Positions 42,207 to 56,800 of a stretch of 64,000 nt of DNA are shown here, piece by piece. The notes beneath the pieces were generated by a model. That model was given only the letters and a program-made list of their open reading frames with translations. It ran no database searches and had not been told where the DNA came from. Each line of letters opens with the position of its first letter. Positions within the stretch are counted from its first letter, which is position 1. Made by a program: the position numbers and the translations under genes. The stretch is taken from NCBI GenBank assembly GCA_964188305.1, contig OZ076898.1. One strand, given 5' to 3'. The stretch is from Podarcis bocagei. Its lineage: Eukaryota.

Positions 42207-42411
42207 CAGTCATACCTCGGATTGAAGTCGCTTGAGGTTAAGCCTTTTCAGGTTGCGCTCTGCAGCAACCCAGAAGTAACAGAGCACATTACTTCTGGGT
42301 TTCACCGCTTGCGCATGCACAGACACTCAAAATGACGTCACGCACATGTGAAGAAGCGGTGAATCGCAACCTGCACACACGCGGGTTGCGTTCGCTTCAG
42401 AGGTACCGCTG
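42207..42411. mobile_element. Related Tc1/mariner MITE
   Basis: TA-cagtcatacctc...gaggtaccgctg-TA. Confidence 0.6.
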
Positions 42412-42856
42412 TAGTGGACTTGTGCCTAAGATACTGATTCATAGGTGCTCATACCCTCAGGTAAGTGAGAGTGATGTGGCCTTTCTAATTAGCTAAGATT
42501 TGTAAAAAGGTGGAGAAAAGAGCCGAATGAAGAGAAATGGGGTAATGTATTTTGCAGGTGGTTGAAAACCAAGCCCAAGAAGGAAAGACAATACTTTACT
42601 CAGTGTCCATGCTAAGCAGCTTGTTTTAAAAGAGATCCACTCCAAAGAGAATACCAGCAAGCTCCTCTGACACAGTAGTTTTCCATTATGCTGGCAACCA
42701 GTTGAAAGTGTGTGTATGTGTGTGTGCGTGCAAAGTAGTGCCTCAGGCCAAGTGAATTTAGTATAAGTACTGATGGGGGGAAATCTAATTAATGTGTGTT
42801 GGTTGAGTTGTATGCAAATCTGGACGTTCCCCCCAAAACTTAGTGGACTGAGGAAA

Positions 42857-43020
42857 GGCTGGATAGCCCAGCTGGCTTAGAGTGTGGTGCTGGTAACATC
42901 ATGGTTGCAGGTTTAATCCCAGTAAGGGACAGCTGCATATTCCCCATAAGGGACAGCTTCATATCCAGGCGGTTGGACTAGATGATCCTCAGGGTCCCTT
43001 CCAACTATGATTCTATGATG
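42857..43020 (+). mobile_element. SINE with tRNA-derived head and CR1-like tail (related copies at 22180-22305 and 54393-54540 on minus)
   Basis: A/B-box-like head; tail ggttggactagatgat...ccttccaact...attctatgat. Confidence 0.7.
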
Positions 43021-43699
43021 TAGGGAAAAGAAGAAATGTGGTTCAGCCCCTGTGGTGTAGTTGGCAGCTCTGGATGTGGACTACTGGAGATTGGATCCTT
43101 GGGCAAGTCATTCACTCTAAGCACAGACTACCTCATGGTTGTGAGGAAAGTTCATGAGATTTATGGAAGGCCAGGATAAATAAGTGGGAGGTGGGAAGAG
43201 AGACAAGAGATGTGAGAGCCAAAGTTGCATAGTTGCTAACATCAGAATGGTGAGATCCGGCTTCAAATCCCCACTCAGTGAAGAAGCTCACAGCATAATC
43301 TTGGGCCAGTCACCATCTCAGCCTCATCTACCCATCCCTGGATTGTTGTGAGGGAAAAAGGGGTGTGTGGGTATCGCCATATGTTACTTTCATCTCCCTA
43401 AAGGATGAGATAAAAATAGTAAGAAAACCCACAAACGTGAGAGTTTTGAGAGGAAGGAAAGAAGGGTGTTGCTCAGTGGTACATAGCACGCTATACATGC
43501 AAATAGGTCCCAAGTAGGGTCGGGAAAGCCTCCTTTCCGAATTCCTGTGCAACCTCTGCCTCTCAGCACGGAGGAATACTTACCGAGATGAACAAACATT
43601 CCCCTCCCATTTCTCAAGTTTACAACCCACCTTCCCTAACGCAAATCCTGCACTGGGAGTGGGCGGGAGAACCAGTTACTTATTTACTTGGCCCTCCTT

Positions 43700-45100
43700 T
43701 CTTCCATCATCCTTTGCTCCCCGCGGCGTAAAGGCTGCATCGTGTGCTTTCTTTGCAGGAGGCAACTAAGCGAGGAAAGTTGTTGTTTTGGGGGGCGGTG
43801 TAATAACAACTAGGCAGCCTCCCTCTTTCCCCAAGAGAGTGAACAAAACGGACTCCAGGTCCCTTTCCTCTCAGAGTCCGCCTCATGGGGCAGAAAGTGG
43901 CCCGAGAGGGAAAGAGCCCTCCCCGCATTCCGTAGCCCCGCCACGCGCCACTCCGTTAAGGGCGCGCGCGCAGGGCCACCAACGGTTCTCCTCGCCTCTC
44001 TTCCCTCCCCCGCTTCCCCAGCTGCCGTTACCCCCACGATCAAACTCCCGCCAAATAAAGCGAGAGGGAAAAGGAAGTGGCCGGACACGCGAGAGCCGGC
44101 CGGCCGCCCCTCCCCCCGTCGCCGCGCACAAACACACGCGCTCTTCGGCCTAACTCGGGTCTCCACCGTTGATGAGAGGGCCATTTAGCCGCCGCCCACC
44201 CCACCCGCTCCAGGGCAGCTCAGGGCCCGTCGTGAAGAGCGTGTGGCGGGCGCAAGAGAGCCATCAATGTCGAAGAGGGCCGCCTCCCTCGCTCGCTTTC
44301 TCTCTCTCCCCCACCCCCTCTCGGCCCGCCCGCCCCTTTGTCCGCTCACCTTGTTTGTTTTCGTTGAGCTGCCGCTCGAACTCGTCGAAGTCGGACATGG
44401 TTAACGGAGACGGGACGGAGGAGGGCGGCCTGAACGCGGCCTCGCAGCTGCTCTAGTAGCTCTCGCTCTCCAGCTCCTCCTCACGCACTAGGCCGCAGGG
44501 GCTCCTTCCCTTGAGTTCGGCAACTTCCGGCGGCAGCTTCGGGTGTTAACGGAAACGCTCGGCTATCTCCGGAAGACGCTTTCGAAATACGCTCGGCGGC
44601 CTCCTTAACCTCTCTAGGACAAAGCCTCGCTCGCTTTTCTTTATTCAGAGAGCCTTCCCAGGAACGCTCGGGAGAGGCCGCCCCCTCCTCCCGAGCCTTC
44701 GAGTTTTTCCGGAGAGCCTCGGGGAAGGCAGAACCCCGCGCCTTCGGAATTTTCCGGAGAGCCTCGGGTACTTCCGCTAGCGTCTGTTTCTTAGCGCCGC
44801 ATGTTTGGCTCTTCCGTTCGGGCTCCCGCTTAAAAGGAGGGAGGGGAGAATAAAGAGAGCGCGGCTTCTCCCGAGTCTTCCACAACTGTTTCCGGGGCTG
44901 GCGAGTATTTCCGTCGGACGTTAGCCAGTCGCTTCCGGCACAGCTCTTGCACTTTGACCACGTGGTGACCGCTCTTTATAAGAAATAAAGCCTTTGATGA
45001 GGATCAGCGTGAGAAGGGCCCTGCTGGGATCGGAACAAAAGCCCAACTATAGATCAGCATCCTCTCCTCTCAGGGGCCGACAAAACGCTGTTATAAGAAA
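43700..45100 (-). promoter_or_regulatory. U2AF2: U2AF2 CpG-island promoter
   Basis: CpG-dense region spanning exon 1, with multiple TTCCGG/ACTTCCG ETS cores and E-box CACGTG near 44959. Confidence 0.85.
44350..44398 (-). CDS. U2AF2: U2AF65 exon 1 coding part
   Basis: accATG start; MSDFDEFERQLNENKQ; donor AAG|gtgagc; 49 nt. Confidence 0.97.
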
Positions 45101-47085
45101 AAACTGCTCCCTTTCCCTTATGGGGTATTCCGGAACCCGTATAGAGTCCTTAAGTGGGTTCCCTATCAGTAGGAGAAAATAACAGAGGCCAACCAGAGTA
45201 TATTGAGAAGCAAAAAGGCTAGTAAGCCTGATCTTTAGTAAACTGTTGCAACAGGGTCCCCACTTACCACACGCAGGAGGGAGGAGAACCCTGAACAATG
45301 GTGTGCAAGCCTTTACTGTATATAGACTTTTGAAATTGCCCACTCTAGCCCAAGACCACCCCTCAAAACATCATACATACATTACAGGAGGAGGCGGTCT
45401 GCAGCAGAAATCCTGTCCGCCAGGATACCTAATACAGTAATGGTCACTGATTGCATTCCCTGGGCAGTCTGGACATTCTTTTGTGATAGTTAATACTTTA
45501 GTTCTTGAATCCATCTCACAGACTCACCCTATTCATACACAAATATGACCTTAAGACAGGATTTGCAAGCAAAAAGACAATGGGAAGTCTTTTCCCATTT
45601 GCCTCCCTTCCTGCAGAGGAATATTTGAGGTCATTGGGAGAGTCAAAATGGCTTCAGGATTGCTCTCCCATACTATTTCCGACACTTAGTTCATATATTT
45701 AGATATGTGTGCATTTATGAATATTCTATATATGAGACCTTAAAGTTCTTCTAATAATGCCTACGGGGAACTCTTAAAAACAGGACACGAACACAGCAAC
45801 AGCAGCAACATTCTCCCACCTAAATGTGGACTCCCAAAGGGAGTAGCCATCAGCTGCATAGTGGATGCACTGTAAAAGGGGGCAGGACATTGTTTTCAAA
45901 TTCTATGCCATGAGTCATAATTCACCCACAAGGCAGAGGTTAATATTCGCTTCCATTCATACTGCTTTCTTATTCCTGTAGGAGAGATAGGCTCTCAGGT
46001 TTTTTTGTTTTACTTTATGCGTTTCACAATTTCAATGACTGCAACACTCATGGCTACAGATATGACTGGTTTCCCCCTACAATGGCTGGAATACAACCAC
46101 TTTTTTTTTTAAGTTGGCTGCAACATTTGCCAAAGTATAGGTACACCCATGCCTTTCATGATCTAGATCAGTGGTTACCAGAACCAGGATGTGCATATTC
46201 TGGGCTGCGCTTCTCCGTGAGTCAAAGCACCCAAAAACACGTGGCTTTGGGCGCTGCATACTCACGCATTTTCGGACAGTTGATGGGTATATGCCCTGGA
46301 CCCCAGAGTGGGTTAGATGGACCCCCTGAGGGGTCTGCGTACCACCATTTGGGAGCCACTGTGAAGCTCTCCACACACCCCACTGAGGTTCTTTAACAGC
46401 ACATTTTCCCTCCTGTTCCTCCAGTGGGGCTTTCATAGGAGAACTCCACACTAACAAAATGCTAAGTTCACCAAATATGAAGGAAATCCCTTTTCTGAAT
46501 CAGGCACCTGTGTTTCTCTCCCACTTCCTTTGCTTTCTATTGCACATTTTTTCCCACTTTCCAGAGAGTAGCACCACAGCTTCAAGATAACTTTATCCAA
46601 TGCTGTGGCAAGGGTATTTCATCGGACAACTTCTCCACGTCACTGACATACATTTATTCCATCATGGAGCCCAAGGCAAAGTATATGTGGTTCTCAGGCA
46701 GTCAGCCATCCAGGCACAGACCAGACCCAGACCTGCTTAGCTTCAGTAAAGTAGTGCCTTCCTGCATTTTTTAGGCCACACCCTGGGACAGATGTTTCTA
46801 TGCCAAATTCTACTGTGCCATTTAGTGTACATTTCACAATAAATCTCTCATCCTCACACCAAAACTGAGGGCATGCCATTAATTTTACAAATCGGTAACA
46901 AACTGAGTAACACCCAACTTAACTCTGACTCCCAGATAATATACAGCTGAGGATTTGAATCGGTTGCCAACATCCAGCTCTTCATCCCCTAGTTCCAAGC
47001 CAGGAATATCCTAACTAGCCACAAATTCACACATTTTTGCAGCAATTACACAAACATGAAAAATTAAAACCACACATTGCTGAGT

Positions 47086-47091
47086 TTTATT
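47086..47091 (-). terminator. CCDC106: CCDC106 polyadenylation signal
   Basis: AATAAA on the minus strand followed by GT/T-rich tgtgtggttttaatttttcatgtttgtgt, ~1.4 kb after the stop. Confidence 0.7.
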
Positions 47092-48510
47092 CAAAACGCT
47101 TTAATTTAAATCCTCTTAGTAAATTGTTGGTTTTTTACATTTTCCTTTTAAATTATTGTTTTTTTAACACAGAGGAAAAAACTGGGTGATAAATTACAGG
47201 CACAGTGGAAACAGTCCATTCATTACACTGAATAAAGGGGAGACATCCCAAAGGAGCAGAGAACAAACAAAACCCTTGCTCACACATAAGGTGGCAGCTT
47301 GAAGCCACAGAGGTGTTGGAGTGTACACACAGTCTCTGTCTCAGGAAGCAAAAAGGAAGTGCAAATGGATTGCCACCAAACACAGCCCAGCTTCAGAACC
47401 TGGAACAGGAAAACATGAAAGAGGGCAGGTGGTGTCCATGGCGTTAAAGAGATGCAAGGAAGCCTTGGGATGTGGGAATTTCTTTGGGAGACTATAGGGA
47501 ATTATTTAGAGGCAGCCAAATGCTGCAGTTCATTCCTCCAGGCTAAGGACTGTTATAGCAAAAAGGCAACAGGAAGAGAAAAGCTTAAGAAGGTGCCAGT
47601 AGCATTGGATGTAAAAGAAAGGAGAAAGGAAGTGGCCAAGAGGCAAGACCACTGCAGCCTGTTCAGCAATCGCCCTCCAGTTCTAGTCTTGCTTCACAGC
47701 AGGCTGGAAAGGGGAGGGGAGCAGTGAGATGGCATGTGAGGTGGGTAAATCCATTGTCTACGCTAACTTCTTAAGGAGACAGGCATTGCCTTCAGGGGAA
47801 GGCCAAGCCATCTTGAGCATCCCTGCCCCAAGTTCTGGAGCTGTTAAAACAAGCTCGCAAACACACACACTTACCTATGGCAAACACAACTGGCCTCCGA
47901 GCAACAAGGCAGGGAAATTTTTGCCAATGTTTATTCAGCCCTTTGGGGCTGCTGACATGCCACAAATAAGCAGTATGCAGGGGAGTGTTGTGTAAGAAAA
48001 GTGTGTCACCTCGTAGCTTATTTGCAAGGCAGCAGACACCGTCTCTGACGAATGCCTTGGCGGTCCTATAGGTGTTACTGTACATGCACAGCCAGTCTGA
48101 AGCAACCTCTCCACCACAGCACTTTACCTATGAATGGGATGTACTCTGTCCCACTAACCTGCTCCCCCGCTACTCCCACTGGGCAGTCATTTTGCCAGTT
48201 CTTAAGATGGAAGCAAATGGAGTGAATTTAATCCTGTTCATCTCTCAGTAGCCTTTAACCAGCTGACATATAAACGGGAGCGCCTGGTCAGATGATGCTT
48301 CCCAAAGAGATGATTGTGCCAGGATAAAAGCATCCCACTTGCCTTACAAAGGCGGAGCTTGCCTTTAGCACTAGAAACTGTGGGAAAGGGTGAAAGGGGC
48401 TGACAAGGAAGAGCCCCAGGGGAGCACAGCAGGAGCTTCCTCAATAACTAGACAGAAATAAGAGACTGGAGGGCTGTCAAAGTGGGTTCAGGCAAAGCCA
48501 GGAGGGGGAA

Positions 48511-48948
<438 letters not shown>

Positions 48949-50617
48949 TCAGAGGAGAGGGCCCCAGCAGCGACCCATAGACAGGAGCGTGGGGGGAAAG
49001 AACAAGAGAAAGGGTTGAGGAGGAGAAATGGGGAAGCATGGCCACTCGTGAAAACACCCGAGAGTTGCGAGAGGCAGAAATCACAGGAAATGGGAAGGAC
49101 CGACAGAAGGAGGCAGTGACCCGATGGAAGCCAAAATTTGGGAAGCAGAGTCAAATATACCAGCACCAGGGAAGGGGGAAGGGAAGGGAACAGCCCAGGG
49201 ACCAAGCAAAAAAACAACAACAAAAAACCAGTAAGTAAAACAAGCAGGCAATGCAGGTGTTGAACATTGAGGAGCAGCATCCAAAGATAAGAAAAGGAGG
49301 ATATGCAGAGAGAAAGGATGGAAGGTGAGAGAAAGAAGAGGTGGAGGAGAAAAATGGAAGCAAGTGATCGTGTGCGGCAGGCCAGCCGGTTGATTTGCAA
49401 CAGGAAGGGGGGGAAAGAGTGGTGGAGGATTAGGACAATGGGAGAGGAGGGTGGAGAAATGTGAGAATTGAACAAGAAATGAAGAAAAAGAAGGAGAGAA
49501 CATATTATCGCAGCAATTTATCAAGACTTGATGCTTTTGTGAGGGAAAACCTAGAGGGGTGGGTGAGTCACAGGCCAGCGTTTCAAGAGGCATTCCTGTT
49601 TCTCCAAGGGTCAGGATTCCTCTCCTCACCTCCCTTGGGCTGCCAGAGGGAAAGGAGGGGTCAGAAGGCATGGCAGGCCCGGCCAGGCGACTAGTCCATG
49701 CAGAACTGCTCCCAGGAGGATCAGCTGGGCCTGGGAGTGGGGAGCTAATGCACGGTGCCGTTTCCTCGATTTGACACAGAATCCCCATCTCAAGGGATGC
49801 TGCCTGAGATGCTGCACCCGGCCAGGGCTCCTCCTGCAGCCCTGGTGTCTATGACGAGATTTGTGAGCTGAGGAAACAAAATTCCCCATAATTTGTCTTG
49901 CTGCTGTGACTCAGTGGGCTGGAGTCCCAGAAGTTTCCTTTCTCTTGTTCCTAACGTAACTCCTTTGCAGGGAGGGGAGGTATCCCAGGGGCATTTCCCT
50001 CCCCTACTTCCCTCTGGTGATGCTTCCGCCTCCATCATCTTCTTCCCAACCCTGTCACTATGGAGTGAACCACTGGAGGTTACGGCCACCGCCAATATAT
50101 GGCTATGGCTACCACTGTTTCTGTCCTGGCCCCTTTCCTCAGCAAAAGTGTCTTCCACTCCTCAGGTGGGTCTTGAACCTTCGTCCCAGATGGGCTGTGA
50201 ACTTTGTGAGCTTTCCTTCCTCCCCTTTTGAGCACCACATTCTGAGCCAGTTGTTGAGCATGGGGGCGGGGCTGAATCCATGCCTACAGGGGATGCCTAG
50301 GGTCCAGCAATAGCCTGGTCATCGCTGTCTCTGAGCCAGTGGGACTGCTAAATGGGGACACAGTAGTGGCATAATTTTGTGTGTTGGTGGAGGAAATGGT
50401 AATGAATTCTTATAGAGAAGGAATGGTGATTTTATGCTGGAAATCTGTTCATATCTGTCACCTGGAAGAACATCTCTTTTCTGTATGGTGATCTATTATT
50501 TTAATGTGTAATAGGTTGTGTGCCACAGAAGGGGGCAGGGACCCTCTGCCTTCAGCTCTGTAGGCTGAAACGGTGGTCCCTTACTTGAACACATACACAC
50601 ACCCCATTGCCACTCAC

Positions 50618-50818
50618 CTCTCTGCCTCTCGCGGACTTTGGGCTTGGCAAAGCGCCGCCTGTTGACCCCTCCTTTTTGCTTCTTGTGCTCCACGGAGCCT
50701 CCTTCCTCAGGGCCGGCACTCATCCAGGAGCCCATACTGTCGTCGTCGGTCACATCCCCGTTCCGGCTGTCAGACACCTCGGACCGCCGTGGGAGCTGCT
50801 TGCTGCGGCAGTGCTCAT
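50618..50818 (-). CDS. CCDC106: CCDC106 coding exon 4 (basic, NLS-like region)
   Basis: DEHCRSKQLPRR...KKQKGGVNRRRFAKPKVRERQR; 201 nt, phase 1 to 1. Confidence 0.92.
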
Positions 50819-51157
50819 CTAGGGCGGAGGGGAAAGGGCAGGACGCATCAGACAAGCGGGAGACAGAGGCCCGCCATAGCACAGCTAGAGTCAAGCTCCT
50901 CAAATCAGAGAACCCCCCAAAAACACAGCCCTTGACTCTCTAACACAGGGACCTCCAACTGGAACTCAGTTCAGGCCCCTTTCAGGTGGATGCCATTGCC
51001 ATTCTAAGAACCAGGGAGGGGTTCATGGTGAGTTCTTTTTCTAGAAAAATAGCGCTGCGTCCTACCAAGGTGCCTTGGCTGACCTTCCCCCGGCCCTTCC
51101 TCCCAAGAGAATCCGAAAGGCCCCCTCCCAGCAAAGCACTGCCCACCCACCCACTCA

Positions 51158-51436
<279 letters not shown>

Positions 51437-51574
51437 TCAAACACCCAAAGGTCCCGCACCCAACTCTGCCCAAAAACCTTTCCAAACCCTTCTCGCCCTT
51501 CCTGTGAGAAGCAAACGGGGCAAGGGAGATTTGCACCTGCCTTATTGAAGCCATAGCCTTCTTTGCATCTAATA

Positions 51575-51800
51575 CAGTGGTACCTTGGGTTACAGATGCT
51601 TCAGGTTACAGACTCCGCTAACCCAGAAATAGTACCTCGGGTTAAGAACTTTGCTTCAGGATGAGAACAGAAATCGTGCAGTGGCGGCGCGGCAGCAGCA
51701 GCAGGCCCCATTAGCTAAAGTGGTGCTTCAGGTTAAGAACAGTTTCAGGCTAAGAATGGATCTGCAGAACGAATTAAGTTCTTAACCTGAGGTACCACTG
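51575..51800. mobile_element. Tc1/mariner MITE, same family
   Basis: TA-CAGTGGTACC...GGTACCACTG-TA. Confidence 0.88.
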
Positions 51801-52242
51801 TACTTTGATTTTCAGCAGGAGTAAATTAACACATACAGTAATTGATTTCTCTCCCCACCCCCAACCATTCTCCTCTAGTCCCATTTGAGTTTCACCTTCT
51901 TTAAGAAACTTTAAATGTTTGATTGTAGAAGACAACCGCTGCTGAGCTCTGCAATGGGAACTGGAAAGCAAGCAAGCAGTGCCTACAACAAAATGTTGCA
52001 GTGTGGAACCTGCACACACCTACACTCCACAAACACCACTTTTTCTGCTGTGATTTCTGAAATGGCGGCGCCACTTTCTAGAAGTGCCGTAATTGTGGAA
52101 GTGACAGCAGGTGCATATTTACTTGAGGAATGGCAAAAAACCGGGTTTCTTCAGGCGCCGAGTCACCCAATGAGATCTAGCACATAGTTAAAGGGTATTC
52201 GTTCATATATTACTGACAGGAAGCGGGGGTATTGTTTCTCAC

Positions 52243-52365
52243 CATCAAAATTCTGAGGAGGGCTCAGACCATAATACAACTGTTGCTGAGTCTGAGTCTG
52301 CGATTCCATTTGGTGCGGCTCGTCCAAAGGTATGGCTATTTTATAAGCTTCATTGTCTTCCTTCA
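52243..52365 (-). CDS. CCDC106: CCDC106 coding exon 2
   Basis: VKEDNEAYKIAIPLDEPHQMESQTQTQQQLYYGLSPPQNFD resembles the recalled mammalian KDDETFEISIPFDEAPH...YSLSP; 123 nt, phase 1 to 1. Confidence 0.85.
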
Positions 52366-52674
52366 CTGTAAATATCAAGAGTAGGGGAATTGCGGGGGGA
52401 GGAAGGGAAACAAATGTAAGAGCCTAAGAATACTCACCCCCTCCCCCCTTTTGTAAGATCAACAGTCTCAAGGCAGACAAAAATATTACCGGACGTGACT
52501 TTGAGCTAAATTCCCATTGAAATCAATGGCACACATGTTCTCATCAACTGAGCTATCCAGTCTGCAACCTAAACCCAATCAATTTGGCCCACTACTAGGA
52601 GGGGAGCAGTTTCACCCCTCTGCCACCCTCAGGGCCTTTGAAACCCACCCCTCTCCCATCAGACATACACTGAC

Positions 52675-52741
52675 CTTGCTTTGCTCCCGATCCACGACGT
52701 CCCCTAGTTGCCCGTTGGTGATGGTGGTTACTTTCGGTCAT
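52675..52741 (-). CDS. CCDC106: CCDC106 first coding segment (MTESNHHHQRATRGRRGSGAKQ)
   Basis: Acceptor ctctctag| at 52777, acaATG start, donor AAG|gtcagt; phase 1 matches the next exon. Confidence 0.7.
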
Positions 52742-53083
52742 TGTCCTCCCTCCCCAGGTGGGACGGATGCTGCTAACCTAGAGAGCAGGAGAGGTGATCT
52801 AACTGGGCAGATCTGCCTGATATTCTGTCTCCCCTATATTTTCCTAATGAGTGAACTCCAAAGCAGCCTTCCCTTGTACCCTGACAAGAATCCCCAGCCA
52901 AGGAGCCCCTCTTTTTTGAAAATTTTTGCTCTTTTCAGAGAACATTGAATTACAGTCTTTCAGGTATGTCCTCCCATTCTATAAATGTATAATACCAATA
53001 ATGCACATTAGCAGCAGGATGGGGGGGCGGGGATAAGGTGTAGCTCTTCCTAAAAATAGCTGGGAATTGCATATTTGAATACC

Positions 53084-53256
53084 CAGTGCTTTAAAAAAAA
53101 TGTTTAGGGGTACTCTCATTATGACTCAAGAAAATCACCATTTTATAGTTCAAATCGGGGGAAATACTGTAAATACAGTGAATGGACAAAAGTACAAAGA
53201 TTCACAAAATGTTTAGGGGTATGTGTACCCCTGCATTACCCCAGAAAAAAGCACTG
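53084..53256. mobile_element. hAT-type MITE
   Basis: TIR CAGTGCTTT/AAAGCACTG; TSD tgaatacc/agaatacc. Confidence 0.8.
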
Positions 53257-55349
53257 AGAATACCTGACAACAAACTAGGGTCCATGTCATGATGGGCAGG
53301 TGGAGGTTCCCATCCTGCTGGGTGCTGCCTTACCAAATCCCTCCAGAAGCCGTCCCACCCCACCCCAACAATCCATTTTGATAGGTTACCTGGCACGGTA
53401 ATGACATCAGATGACTGACAGATGGGTGGCCCTGCCCACCTTTCAAAGTTGGCCTATAGGCTGCAGGGATATAAAGATCTGACTCACCAGGTCAAAAAAG
53501 TTCCCAGGTACCCGCTATCTCGCACTGTTTCCAAGAGGATAGCTACCTGAGCCAGGGTGACTTGGGGATCCAAGATCTTCCACACAGCTACCTGCCCACT
53601 TAGGAAATAGCTCCAAACACCTGGACAGAGGCAAGACAGGGAAATTAATAGGTTAGGCCAGGAGATCCCACAGCAACAAAAGCAGGCAGGGGCACTGCAG
53701 TGGAGCGATGCCCACTATGAAATAGGAGGTGATCCCCGGAAGTGTTATGTGCAACAATCCTTAAGGGGTGGTGGGGATGTGTCTTTAAGAGGGACCCACA
53801 CACAAATTAGACTTGGACACAAGTACAGAAATTGTTTAGGGCTGGAAACCACATTTTCCTGTAGCTTAGCTATGCCTGCAGAGTTAAGGGATTGTATGTG
53901 GGTGGCAGTTTGGGGGATGGGGGAGAGATAGAACCCCGCTTCCTTTCAGTTCAGTTCCCATTCTGCCACTAACTTGCACAAATGCACACCTCTCTTGTGC
54001 AACCTCAGTCAACAATACAATGCACATCTGTTAATAACAGACCATTATATAGGGATGGGATCCAATCTCTTATCAGATCCAGCCCTCAATATTTCAGCAG
54101 CTAGACTCTTAACCGGCTCCCAACACTGCAGAATGCATTCTCTATGTACTGCACTGATGCAGCTTACAATTATTATTTTTAATGCAGTAGAATAGCCAAT
54201 TACTAATTAAAAAAAACACTGGATGTTACAATCCTTTCTGTATGTTGATATATTATTGCATTTGCTACAGCATTTTCCCAAATGGATTAAAATGTGCAAC
54301 TGGCAATACAAACAGTTATCAATAGATAGAAAGATGAATCCATTGCAAGCTGCCTTGAGTTTCATATTTCCATGGAAAGAAGTGGCATAAATATAGAATA
54401 GAATCATAGAACTGTAGACTTGGCAGGGACAGCAAGAGTCATCTGGTCCAACCCCCTGCAATGCTGGAATCCTTTTGCCCAAAGTGGGGCTTGGACCCAC
54501 AACCCTGAGATTTAAAGTCTCATGTTCTACCAACTGAGTTACAGTATATGTTTTAATAAATAAAATAAATGCATTGCTCAGATCCATAGCTACAGGGGCA
54601 GTGGGCGGCAGAGAGGTGGCTAACTGGGGTTTTTTTTGCCCCGGGTGAAGCCTCCAGAGGAGCTCCATTGAGGCTCCCAGCCTCTGTGTGTGTGTGTGTG
54701 TGTGTGTACGCACATGCACATGGGGGTTTGCCAAAGTAGGTCATCAATCCAGGTGGATAAAGCCTAGTTGCTACTTGCAGGCTCCAGTTCTCTATTCCTT
54801 GGCTTGGCCACTCCCTCCTTGTCACACAGACTCTAACATGCTTACCTAATGGAAACCAAAATTTGAAGCAAAAGCCAACTGACAAGTAACTCAACCAGTG
54901 GAGAGAAGGGAAGTCACAATATTCTTAGGGGTGCCAGGGAAGCAACCAGGGTGATGTGTCCCTCCTAGCCTCCTCTGGGACATTGCAATGCATTTGGGGG
55001 CACACCTCTTGAGATCCTGAGGTGCAGTTGTCTCCGGCCGCAAAATATCTTGGTCTGAGCCACCTCTTGGAGTCCTACAGGTGACTATCACCGCCTATCT
55101 AGGCCCCACAGTTAACATCAGCATGTCATTTGCCTTCCTTCCCCGCCAGTCATTGACCTTTGCCCACCTACCCGTTTCCTCATTGCCATTACTTGGGTCC
55201 TTCAATGATGTCCAGACTTGCCTGCCTTCTCTCCGACTCCAAACCAACTGGCCACAGCAAGGCCTCTCTCTCTCGCCTCCTCCTCCCGTTTCCCTGCATC
55301 CTACTAGAATCTCGCTAGTAACCAGATACAAGCTTCTCCCACGCAAACT

Positions 55350-56050
55350 CCCTACAGCAGGCCGGCTCGAGACGACGTCAAGGAATTGCCTGGGATGGAG
55401 GGGGGGTCTGTAACCCTCCCTCTCCGCCCCACCCGCTATCCCCCATCAAATCGGGCCTTTGGCAAAAAAAACCAGAGCCCACCACCACCACTCCAAAATG
55501 GCCCCGGCTGCTGCCCTGTGATGAAGGATTCCTCCCTTCCCGTCCCCAAATGACGGTGGTGGCGACGCCCGCGCCAAGACTTTGGAGACGCCAAAGGACC
55601 CCCGTGCGCCCTCGGCGCTGCGCCCCGAGACTTGGAAAGCATTACGCACGGGATGCCTGGGGGTCCGATCTCCCGAGAACCAGCAGCGGGGTTAGCGATG
55701 GGCAAGGATCAAGTCAAGGTGTGTGCAGGGGACCGAGACTATCTCTCATAACCCCTCGCTCCTGCCAGGGCACGCAGTTCTTACCTTACTCTTGCAACCG
55801 CATCCACGCCGGAGCGTCCCAAACAACAGCTCCGGGCTGCAGCTGAGCAGGGGAGCGTCTGTAAAGTGCAGCAAGAGGAGGTGGCGAGGAAAAGGGAGTA
55901 GGAGGAGCGAGCTTTGTAGTGGGAAGGGGGGCGCACGTCGCCGGCTGGAGGCAAAAAAATAATCTAATAATTCACAGCAATCCCTTCGTTCCCGGAGGGC
56001 AGGTTTGAACGTCTAAATGAGCCATCACGGATCTAGCAGCACAGATGCAC
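55350..56050 (-). promoter_or_regulatory. CCDC106: Probable CCDC106 CpG-island promoter with non-coding first exon (donor near 55784)
   Basis: CpG-rich block ~3 kb upstream of the first coding exon; AAG|gtaaga donor; YY1-like AAAATGG near 55494. Confidence 0.6.
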
Positions 56051-56180
56051 GCAGCCGATGTCTCCTAACAAGCGCAATGCTTTGCACGGGAACCTGTTCG
56101 AGCTGCCTAGCTTGCCAGAAACCAAGTGAAGCACGTGCACCTGTGAAACAGCCTCCGGGAGAAAATGTTGAGGCTTAGTA

Positions 56181-56422
56181 CAGTGGTACCTCAGGTTACA
56201 TACACTTCAGGTTACATACGCTTCAGGTTAAAGACTCCGCTAACCCAGAAATAGTGCTTCAGGTTAAGAATTTTGCTTCAGGATGAGAACAGAAATCGTG
56301 CTCCGGCGGCGTGGCGGCAGCAGGAGGCCCCATTAGCTAAAGTGGTGCTTCAGGTTAAGAACAGTTTCAGGTTAAGTACGGACCTCCAGAACGAATTAAG
56401 TACTTAACCTGAGGTACCACTG
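56181..56422. mobile_element. Tc1/mariner MITE, same family
   Basis: TA-CAGTGGTACCTCAGGTTA...TAACCTGAGGTACCACTG-TA. Confidence 0.9.
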
Positions 56423-56665
56423 TAGAGGGAATTGTCTCCACAAGGCCCTCCCAACTCTTCTGGCCCTCTAACCAGCAATCAAACACGCAAATCACAATTG
56501 GCCTTGCTTACAAATCCAGTATTTTTTTCTACCACGTGTAAGCCTTAGAGGTTGCTCAGTCTACCATGCTGCCATGGTCCAGCCTTGGAACATGTTAAGT
56601 ACCAAGGATGACAGGACCTCTAAGCATGTGCCAAGAGCCTTCCCCACACCACAGTCGCTGTTACA

Positions 56666-56800
56666 CATGGGTGTAGCCAGGATTTATGTTAGCGGGACAG
56701 GTTTTATGTGGGGGGGGGGGCGCAGAACCTCAGTTACTTAAGGATTTTTATTTATTTACTTGATTTAGGAGGGCAATTGCCCCCACCAGCTGCGCCCTTG
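56666..56800. mobile_element. Degenerate hAT-type MITE
   Basis: Imperfect TIRs catgggtgtagc/gctgcgcccttg; TSD ctgttaca/ctgttacc. Confidence 0.65.
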
